Part shown: piece by piece, positions 51,068 through 61,519 of the stretch
Layout of the letters: the number at the start of each line of letters is the position of its first letter
Position numbering within the stretch: position 1 is the stretch's first letter
Source: Amphiscolops sp. MND2022
Lineage: Eukaryota
Reading direction: 5' to 3'
Assembly (NCBI GenBank): GCA_964187785.1
Contig: OZ076409.1
Location: 87,360,001 to 87,424,000 of the forward strand
DNA length: 64,000 bases
Position numbers and translations under genes: made by a program
Notes under the pieces: generated by a model
Databases searched by the model: none
What the model was told of the DNA's origin: nothing
What the model saw: the letters and a program-made list of their open reading frames with translations, nothing else

Positions 51068-53414
51068 GTTGGTAGAATTTGTTTTTATGCGTTTTAGGCA
51101 AACTAATTCATTGTTTTTAATTATACTCAGAGTAACAAAGAAAACAATTTGGACACAAAAGCATTGTATAAATCAAACAAAAATGGTTTTTGTTTGATTT
51201 GTTCCATGTTTTGTGTCCAAATTCTTTGCAAGTTAGAGATTGATATTTTTGCAATTGGACGCCGTTGGAAATGGAACTCATGAATTTGAATGAATCACAC
51301 ATTCCATGCTGTGGTTTTTATGCGGGTTCATCAAATTTCCCCTCATTTTCAAATTTGAAAAAAATATATACTTTTATGAAAAAAGTTACTATGCTTCAAG
51401 TCTTTAATATTACTACAATCACCTCAATTGCAAAAACTTAATGAGTTTTTCTCAGAGGCATCAGTTGATTGAATGATCCACCACGCTGGATTAAAGAAAA
51501 CTTTCATTTATGACACTAGTAAAAAAAAACCGACGCTGCATGAGATTGAATGGAACGTCTCGAGTCGGCGCACCGTTTTGGACTTAAGACAGGCGAAGTT
51601 TTTTGAATATGCTAAATTGCGGTCTTTAAGAAAGTTCTGGCAATTCGCACACTGTCAGAAAATTTTCACAGGGGATCTTTCAAATGTAAAAAAACCTTTC
51701 CGAGCTAAAATTATCAAAACAAAACGGAGAAAGAACCCTTAAAGGAAATGAAAAATTTTATATTCCATGTATTGAAAGTTCGGAAATTACCCGATAAATA
51801 ATTCAGATTATATGCATCGTATTAAAAGCTGCAACTAGTGTGGCTCCGATTGAAATATGAAAATTCCGGTGTTGGCTAGATTCGCCTACAACTTCCGCCT
51901 GGCAAGATGCAAAAAGCACTAAAACCAAAATTTTAGTGCTTCACATCAAAACGTAAATCAGTAATATATCAATATCTCTTTGAAATCAACGTTATTTTGA
52001 AATCTAAAAAATCTGGAGATGGTTTCAAACAAATAATGGTCGGTTTCTTATGCAAACATTTGAACCACTAGGCCATCGAGCCTCCGTGTCACTTCCTCCA
52101 CTGAAAAAAAACAAAACGACTGGTAAATGATAACTGGAGCAAAACTGAGTCTTTTACTTTTTTCGACGAAGAAGAAGTTTATTGATTTGAATGCCTTGAT
52201 AGAAAACAATACTTGAAGAAATAATTACCAGACATCCAAAAGGTACACAAAAGAGCTGTTCAACTCGTTGAATGTGACCTTGAGAACCAATAGTAGAGGG
52301 ACCGGGAACTAGTGATTGTCTTGGAAAACGCTTTTAGGGAAAGTCTATTCAGTAAAACCTTTCAAACAGATTTTTTTGTCGACAATTTAAAGGTGACTGA
52401 CACGTTTAGTACGACAATGTAAAGGTGACTACCGCTGACTGATTGCCGTTAAACTACATCTAGTACTTTGGCTTAAAGATTCTATTTCGTTGTCTATAGA
52501 GCACTAAATTCAAGTCACAGTATAATCAACCATTTTACAAAATATAAAATAAGTTCAATATTCAATTCGTGAAAAATCATTGTCAAAGGCTGTCCCTGCG
52601 ATGGCACTATGTATGAAACAACACCGCGAAAGAGTGCCGCACCCTCTTGTTGGAATACTACCAATTTAGGAAGAAATTCTACGTCTCTCAGACATCAACT
52701 TTTTGTTAAAAATAAAGATTTATTGGGGCTTCGAGTTTTGCGAGATGACCATATGGTCGAGTTTTGTTTCGCAGATTTCGTGACATGTGCCTAATTTTCA
52801 AACTTGTGAGGCAAATTTCTCAACAGCGGGAATAGATATGGATACCATGTTTTCGCTAAAAGTTGCGCAAGATCCTAAGCTACTTTTTCGCCGAATAAAT
52901 TTTCAAAAAAAGATCGGCTTCCATTTTTTTGCGAAGAAGTATTGAAAAAAATCAAGTATGACGCCTTCGTTTTTCTGCCAAAAAGACTTTTTCAATTTTT
53001 TTTCATTTTTATTTTTAGTTCTTTCAGCAAAAAAACTTGATCTGACATAGAGACTAGATAAGTTCACATAGTTTTGGTGCCTGAAATATACACAATTCGT
53101 ATTACTTTCTGCAGACCCTTCAACGTTTCTGCTCGAAACCAAGCACAACATGCTGTCGCGCCTATGTTTTTATACTCATGGTCATTTTGTAATCAGGATT
53201 ACTCTTAGTTCATAAACTAGTGCTTACATTGAAGTGCTACTTAGTAGCTGGTAAAATGTGCAGTACAGTTTCACTATTGGAAACAACTGTGTAAAGAAAA
53301 AACGTAAACGCGTTCAATTCATACACCGCTAAAGGTATGTTGATAAATTGTCCACATTCATTTCTGCTAGTAAAATTAGAGCAATTAGTTCTACTGACCG
53401 TGAGTCCGTGATTT

Positions 53415-53890
53415 GGACTATGTGATCTATTTCCCCCCTAGGTACACCTTGTTAGGAATTCCTTCCCCCCCCCCAAACGAAAACTGCTTTTTCACAAGTA
53501 TATTAATTATTGAATGAAAAAAACAAGTTGATATGCTTACAAATATTAACAAACGCGTGAATTTAAACTTCGTGGCAAAAGACCCAAATTTTTTAATGCT
53601 GAATGCAAAGTTCGTAGTTCTGTAAATATGGAAGTATGTCCGTTTGGAAGCACATTTCAAAGAATAATGATTGATTTTAACTGTCAATCAATGAAAAAGA
53701 TATGATTATGTCGACATCAATTATTTTATTGGACTAAAATTTCAACGCAACGATGTCGACATAATGCTATTTGACTATTTAAAATGTTATGTCGACATAT
53801 TGAATTCGTTTAAAACTAGTATTTGAACCTACTGTATTATTCCCCCCCCCGCGCCGCAGTTTGGGGGGGGGGGAATAGATCACATGGTCC
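53415..53890. mobile_element. MITE with GG termini and 8-bp TSD (Merlin- or hAT-type)
   Basis: TIR GGACTATGTGATCTATTTCCCCCC / GGGGGGAATAGATCACATGGTCC; TSD CGTGATTT; three internal ATGTCGACAT palindromes. Confidence 0.9.
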
Positions 53891-55406
53891 CGTGATTTTT
53901 TTTCATTAGTTTACTTTATGTATCTCTCATGTATTCAAAAAGGTTGATACACACTATGTAGACATTTATTATTTGGACCTGCATTTGATTACTATAATGT
54001 GTAAATCTAGTTTAGTTGCTTGTAACGTAATTTTCCAAGTTTCTATTTTTGGATTAGATCCTTACGTTATGATGTAATAGTTACGACAATATCTTTACCT
54101 TTAGTGAATTGAATACCATTTTAAAGTGTCATGCCGAATTGAGTATGAATACGGACTCCAGCACACCAGAAATTCATCAACCTGTCGCAATCAAGTACAT
54201 TGCCTAAGAAATACGTCTTTGATTTGATTCAGTGTTATCTTTGACCAAATTGTTGTATTTGTATTATTCCCATGAACGCTTTGCTGAAATGATAAACCAT
54301 TCCGCCGTGTTGTTGCCAGACTTTCGTTCATAATGCCTTTCACTGGGAAGCAGAAGCAAAGGAAAGGAGATCTCGCCATTTGGTCGTATTGTCAGATTTG
54401 GAAAACATGAACATAACGCTAGACAGTTACTGTATAGATGAATTGCGAGACAATTCCTTCGCTAGAGGATCTGAAACGGACGTAATGTCCATTTTATTAA
54501 ATAAATCAAATGGAAAATATTTCAAAAAGTTTTGATAAATGATGAACACTCCAATAGCGCTCAGAACAGCAATAGAACCAAAAAAAATGTTTCCCCTCAA
54601 TAGAGGAGTCAAACAGTCAAGTGTGTAGGAAACTAGAGGAAATGAAAGCTAGCATAAAAACTCAACTTTGGCAGTCTATATATGTCGTAATTACTGAAAA
54701 AGTAATTCCAGAGCTTCAAGTGGGCTTGGTAGGACTAAAGGAGGCGTTAAATTCAAAAATGGACCTAGGATCATCGGGATTAGAAAGGAAATAGAAAATC
54801 TCTGTGAGCTCAAACCAGAGTAACGACAATCATCCTACATTAAAATTTAGTACTCAAAAAGTTCTCAAGAAAGTAGAAGCGAAATTGAGGTGACTTTTTT
54901 GAGGCTGTTTTCTATTCTTTTCTATTTAAAGTTGCGTTGATTTATTAGTTCAAGTGTATACCCATCTAAAATAGCTTTGTGAATTCATTCCAGAACCTTA
55001 CATAATCTATCGACATCTTGTTTTTGTCAACAGTTATACAAAAAAGCGAGTAGAAGATATTCTCAGTTTGTTCTAAAATTTTTCCAATTTTTGGATCTTT
55101 GTTTTTAGTCGTTTTTCGTTTGCAGATTTTTGGGTTCTGAGTTGAGATGAACTGACATTTCAAAAAAGTTCAAGAGATCAAAAGTATTCGAAAATTACAC
55201 TGAATGACAACCAATTTGTAAAGATTGCACATAGCATTAATGCAAATGGTGCCTTACTGAAGTTGCGGTAATATTACAATATTAAAAAATAAAATCATAA
55301 ATTATTGGATAATTTGACATTTTAAATGCCTGTAGCCTACCGCTTGCTAGTCTATAGTATATTTTCTAGTTGCTGTTTTGAAGAATTATCTACTGAAACG
55401 CCCGTT

Positions 55407-56488
55407 CCCTAGGTTACAAGAATCACAAATCTTGCAAAATTCTTCCGAAATTCTTGTCAACTTTGCATTTCTTACAAGATTGTACAAGAATCGCAAATTT
55501 TGCAAATTTGTTACAATGTCGATCATTTCTTACAAGATTCTGATAACATTTTTGCAAAAAATGCATTTTTTTTCGCAAGAAGTTCTTACAAAAAATGTGA
55601 TATCACATTTTTTGTAAATTTTTGAAATTTTGGTCGAAATAACACATATGTGTTATTTCGACTAAAATTTCAAAAATCATCAAAGAACCAGCAATAACAG
55701 CCACAGTTGCCGTTTACAATGCACAAACTGTACCAGGATCCCAGCAAAAGGGTCCAATTTGTTAATTTTGAGCAAGAAGAATTTACATGCAATTTTACCC
55801 CAAAATTTATTATAATGTATTCCAGCTATGAAATTCCAGACAAAAATTCCGAGAACTCTTCAGCTAATGATGATAGAAATATGAATATGGTACCAAATGA
55901 AAATACAACTCGCGGGCGTTCTAACGGTTCTAACCCAAACCTGCTGTCAGCTGCTGTGATGGAGAAAATCAGTAAAAATACTACAAAACCACCTGTGGAA
56001 TGTCATATTGAAAACTATGAAAACCCTGAAAACTCTAGCAAAATTCAACCATCGGTTTCATTTCTTCGCCAGCCCATTTCAATCAGTCAGGAGACTGCTG
56101 AAAATGGAGGATATTGCTCTCTTAGAGGCAATAGCACCACGCAGGGCTGTAATATTGTAAGCGAAAGCTTTTGCAACAATAATATCAAACAATGCTCAGT
56201 ATGCGAATAAGGCATTCCGATAATTTAAGATCTAGATGCTGTAATATGGGCAATTATATCATTTTTCGCGTACAGATAGTTATTTTCCTTTGCAGCTGTT
56301 CAATTTTTTTGAGGCAGGAAATGCAAAAAAATGTCAGATTTATGCATTTTTTGTAAAATTCTGACCAGAAAAATGCGAATCTTGCAAGATTTTTGCAAGA
56401 GTTAGATTCTAAAAATGCATTTTCTTACAAGATCTTACAAGAATTCTTGTAAGAATTTTGCAAGAGGTGTGATTTTTGTAACTTAGGG
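55407..56488. mobile_element. Non-autonomous CCC...GGG element (CACTA/EnSpm-like) with internal cargo
   Basis: Long imperfect TIRs rich in TCTTGCAAGA/TCTTACAAGA; termini CCCTAGGTTACAA / TTGTAACTTAGGG; 2-bp TSD TT. Confidence 0.85.
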
Positions 56489-56593
56489 TTAGTGAGTATG
56501 TAATCATCACGGTTGACACTTGTCAGGTAGTTGACTTTTTCAAGAGTTGATCAATCGAAGTGAACAAGTACAGAGATGAAAAATCAAGTCCAG

Positions 56594-56804
56594 CTACTAA
56601 CAATTGCAATCCTATTTGTTGTTAGTTTTATAATTTCTAAATGACTACCTTGATGTTTAAAAATGTTGTATTTATATTTAGGCCAGCGATAATTGCAACC
56701 AAAACATTATCGCTGGCCTAAATATAAATACAACACTGTTAAATGTCAAGGTAGTTGTTTAAAAAGTATAAAAAATAATACTAATAGGATTGCGGTTGTT
56801 AGAA
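56594..56804. repeat. ~210-bp palindromic (hairpin) element
   Basis: TGTTGTATTTATATTTAGGCCAGCGATAAT / ATTATCGCTGGCCTAAATATAAATACAACA perfect inner stem, extended imperfect outer arms. Confidence 0.9.
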
Positions 56805-56860
56805 GCATTACTTCATTTTTATCATGACAATTTTATCTGCAACCATTTTTTTTCAAACAG

Positions 56861-57048
56861 CCGCAGCAGTTCTGATGGAGATTTTGGCCCACTGGAATTC
56901 AGCCATAAACTTCATTGTCCTCGGACTCACACACACAGGGTTTCGTCAGGCTTACTTGCAATTGTTGCGATTGATCTTCACATGCAAGGCTGACAAGGGT
57001 CAGTCATCAAAGTCGGTCGTCGTTCAAAGCCAAATGAAAAACCATTGA
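56861..57048 (+). CDS. GPCR exon 6 (TM7, helix 8, stop)
   Basis: TTTTCAAACAG acceptor; LAHWNSAINFIVLGLTHTGFRQAY; the six exons total 1062 nt = 353 aa + stop. Confidence 0.9.
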
Positions 57049-57764
57049 TGTTTCCGATTTGAAGCAGGCAGCTTCTTTCAAACTTGCATGAGGATGTATC
57101 ATCAAGAGTAATTCAAATATGACATCACAAGAATTAATGGTTATCTTTCATCACCCGAAACCCCCTTCCTTACACAACAACTTAGATGCAACCTGAAGAA
57201 TGGTATTAAAAACCATTTGCAATAATTCTAATACAAGTTACCCATCTCTATTTTGATGTCGTCACACAGAAACTCATACAATCCGATGCTAATTATTAAT
57301 ATTTGGTCAAAAATTTTCACAAAATTTCACAAATGCATGGAGCTCCAATACTACGATGACGTATTTGATTTAGACTTTTCAAATGTCTACATTGACTGCA
57401 GTTACGCATGCACTGCGTCGCATTTAATTCGGTTAAAAGATGTTTTCAAACATACATTTGATTTTCAACAATTGTCAGAACCGAGCCAGCATTCTTGTCG
57501 TAGAACGATTTGGTTTAAAAATTCTTGGAGTCCTCTCGATGACAAAAGAACTGATTAAATTAAGAACACTATGGAAGGGAAACAATATTCAGCTAGAAGA
57601 AGTTGTATCTTCATGGGGAAATTTTCCATTAAATTCCTATCCATTGTAGCCCCGAGGTGTCCAAAAGACTGGGAGAGACAGGTTCACATTTTCCATCCTA
57701 AAATTGACGTTGAAATTTGAAAATTTGTCACTTGTACCTTGTTTCAGCGTCAAGAATGAAACTG

Positions 57765-59151
57765 CCCTAGTTTTTCAGAATCACAAATTTTGCAAAATTC
57801 GTCCTAATTTCTTACAAATTATGCATTTCTTACAAGAATCTCACGAGTTTGTACGAAAAACGCAAATTTTGCAAATTTGTTACAGTGTTGAACATTTCTA
57901 ACAAGAATCTGATAACATTTTTGCAAAATTTGCATCTATTTGTAAGAAATTCTTACAAAAAATGCGATGTGTTACTTCGACCAAAAATTCGTTCAAGATT
58001 TTCTGGATCCATTTTGTGTCTTTTTTGAATAACACCTGAATTAGAAGTCTGTATCTATATCAGGGTAACATTAATGACCCGGGTAGCACCAAGGACGCTT
58101 TTTGGTACGGCGTTTCCTGAAGCCGCTTGAAAAAAGGACTTTGTGTTTTATTTTTAGGTTAGATTTTCATAAATTTTAGATGAAAATGGTCCAAATTTGG
58201 AATATTGTCGGAAGTTTTAGATGGAAATGGTCCAAATTTGGAAGATTGTCAGAAATTTTAGATGGAGATGGTCTAGATTCATATTTTTGTTGGAATAAGA
58301 TCCAAAATAACCGTTTTTCGGTGAAAAAACGTCTAAATTCACTATTTTTGAGGAATAACGCCTAAAATCACTTTTTTAGGAATAACCTCTAATATCACCG
58401 TTTTTGTGGAATAACGTCTTGTGGTTTTTGAGCTCTTGATTACGTTTTTGATGTATCGGAAAAAATGTTCCTTTTTCGTTATAACATTTTCAAGTTTTAT
58501 CCATCTCACGGTTCTTTTTTCACTGCAAATACATTTCAGGAAGCCGAATGTAGCCCTGTCGGAGTTTACAACTTCTCAATTGGCCAGTGACGACTGAAGA
58601 ATGTGACTTTATTACATAACTTTATTTGATATTTTCAGTGTTTTTTTTACATAATTTCAAGTGGTATTTTTAATTTGATTTTTCCTTTTTTGCAGCCGTT
58701 TTAGAGAAAAGGTTTGAGCGAGAAACAGTTTGAGGTTTGAGAAACAAAAATTATTCAATAGAATAGCGTCTAAAATCACCGTATTTTGGTAGAATAAGAT
58801 CTAAAAACACTGTATTGCACTAGAGTAACGTCTAAAATAACTTTTTTGAGAGAGATAGGATCCTTTTGTTGCGAAAGGCTGAGGTTGAGAGTATGGAAAT
58901 GGTATCATTCATCGCTCGCATGAATTTTTCTGATTAATAGGTTAGGAGCGACTTTTTTTTCCAGAATTTCCTTTAGTGGAACAATGCAAATTTTGTAAGA
59001 GTTTTGTAAGATTTATGCATTTTTTGTACCATTTTCAGCTGAAAATCGCAAATTTTGCAAGAATCTTGTAAGACTAAGTGTCAAATAATGCATTTTCTTA
59101 CAAGAGTTTTTGTAAGAATTTTGCAAAAGATGTGAATTTTTTCAACTAGGG
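57765..59151. mobile_element. Second CCC...GGG family element with a different interior
   Basis: Termini CCCTAGTT / AACTAGGG, arms similar to 55407-56488, 2-bp TSD TG; interior has AATAACGTCTAAAATCAC-like repeats. Confidence 0.85.
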
Positions 59152-59981
59152 TGCTTCTTAATCTTTTGATCAAAGATGTTAAATTTGTAAAAATTACCAA
59201 TGATTTCATCATAACGCATGACAAGCATCAAATATCTTGTAGTTTATAAGTCTCTCTTCCAATTTCAATCCTCCCCTAACGAAGACCTTTTTGTTGAATA
59301 AAATTTACGAATTGAATATTTGTTAAACCAGAAGTTTCAAAATTTTCAAAAGACTATTGAGTTTCGAGGTTTAGTTATAGGAATGATGTTATTAAGTTTC
59401 TACATTTTTTGAAATGTATTGAATGTTTGCAAACTCTATTTTCCAGTACTATAAGTTTTATTCAGGCTTTCAACCGTCGTTCCTGAACTATACTTTTTAT
59501 TCGCGCTTTCAACCGTCGTGGGATTTTAACAGTATTTTAATTCAAACTATGAACCATCTACCGGACATTAAGTTTTGCGTACCTAGTAGTACACTACTGT
59601 ACCTAGTAGTTTTTGCGTACCTAGTTTTTTATTACTTCCTCAGGTTTACAGGCCATAGCTTTCCATCAATGATTCATCCATGATGCATGGGTTCGCCATG
59701 TCGACAATCATTCACTAATCATGGCGCGAAATCCAGGATCATGCCATGTATGATAATGAATGAGAAGTTATAGTTTTTTTCTACTTTTATCACTAATTGA
59801 ATCAACTGTTTCAAATTCTGCAGAACAATCTAATTTTCGTTTGACTATTCTTGCATCCTTCCTGCATTCTTGTATCCGAAACGTGTGAGGTTAGTCAATT
59901 GTATCTATTTAATTTTTAATTAGAATTTAAAAGTGTGTTGGTTTAAAACCGCTCTGAGGTCCTGGTGCTTACGCAGATATA

Positions 59982-60451
59982 CAGTACTGTGATTAAGAAA
60001 ACGTCCCCCGGGCGATTTTAGGCTCGATTTTCTCAAAATCGGTTGAGAATTTTGAAAAACATCAGCGATAAAAGTTTCTTAGAATTTAATCTAGTTTATA
60101 TTAGTGTTTTTTTAAAAATTTTCCTGGCACAAAAATTGAGAAAGTTACAAATGGCTGATTTTGAGCAAATTTGGTACTTTTTTTCCGTTTTTATAATTTT
60201 TGACCGTTTTATCAACAGTTTTTTCGGCAAGTTTTGTGCTCAAATGACTCCCACAAATCTACTGAATATATTGATGTAATTTGATTTCAAAATAGATCAA
60301 CCGTTTCCGAATTATCAGGCTCAAAAGGTAAAATTTCCTAAATTTACGTGAATTTCACTTGATGCGCCAATCAGAATTGAAAGTGAGACCAAATAAACGA
60401 TTTTGATTGGTTGAGAACGTCGTAGGGGACGATTTCTTAATCACAGTACTG
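59982..60451. mobile_element. Tc1/mariner-type MITE
   Basis: TIR CAGTACTGTGATTAAGAAA.CGTCCCC, flanked by TA on both sides. Confidence 0.9.
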
Positions 60452-61519
60452 TATTCTTCTGACGATCTACGATTGAAAATCAAACATCACTTTCGAAGCT
60501 CGAGGATTGATTCTGCTACCAACGCCCTCACCTTAATACACCTACTGGGTTGAAAAGTTATATTAGATTCAGAAGACAGAAGTGTTACGACTAAAAAGAC
60601 TCAAAATGTTTGACATCTCAGCCTTAACTAATCCTCTGTATTATAGATATCACAAAACAACAAAGATCACACTAAGAAATCAGTTCAGTTTTTTTGTCAG
60701 TCAAAATTTTTCCTAATTAAAAGATATTCTTCAATTTTTGACTGACATATGACCTAAGATTTTAGCTATTAAACCATAATATTAAACCACACACCAAATT
60801 ATGTGAGTAAAAAATTGAACACAATCTTCTAATTGAGAAATTAATTTTCACTGATTGCTAACCAGAACTGGTTTTTTTTCGAAACTATGACTTCTAATAA
60901 AATTTCACTCAAGATAACTGATAAAACAAAATAAAAGTTAATTTCGCAATAATTAGTTATAAAATATAATTTATTTAAAATAATTAAAAAGTTGTGTCAT
61001 ATCCAGTCAAATGCATACCTTTAAAATCTCGGCAAGGTATCGGAAACACAGGTTTCAGTATGTGAAAATTGAAGATATATGTTCGAAACTCAAACAAAAC
61101 AAATCTTGGGGTTCCACAGGGATCAACAATTGGTCCAATTTGTTTCTTGTTCAAAAAAATGAGATTGGCACAGGAGCAAACTTGCAGCGCGACATTAAAA
61201 TTTAGGCTAATGATACAGCCATGGTTGAAAATTTCTTACAAAGCTGGATGAATTTGAACAGTGTGGCTTGTAGCTAAGCCAAAACAAAGTAATTTGCAGA
61301 AGCCATGAAATTTTTCTTGTGAGGAACGCAAGTATTTTGATTTCCACTTCGACAAATATCAAATTTTGAGATACACAAAAACAAGGTCACAGCAAAACTG
61401 GCAAAATTAGTTTACTTTTCCTTTTACCTAAGAAACTCTCTTTTTAGCGTTAATGCAATTGCTACTTTGTCCCAAATATTTCAGTGGAAAAGAGGTTTGA
61501 ACACGTTCAAGGGGGCAGG

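Noticed and set aside
61040..61260. GVPQGSTIGP RT motif
   Set aside because: Tiny decayed CR1-like scrap; real but too fragmentary to delimit.
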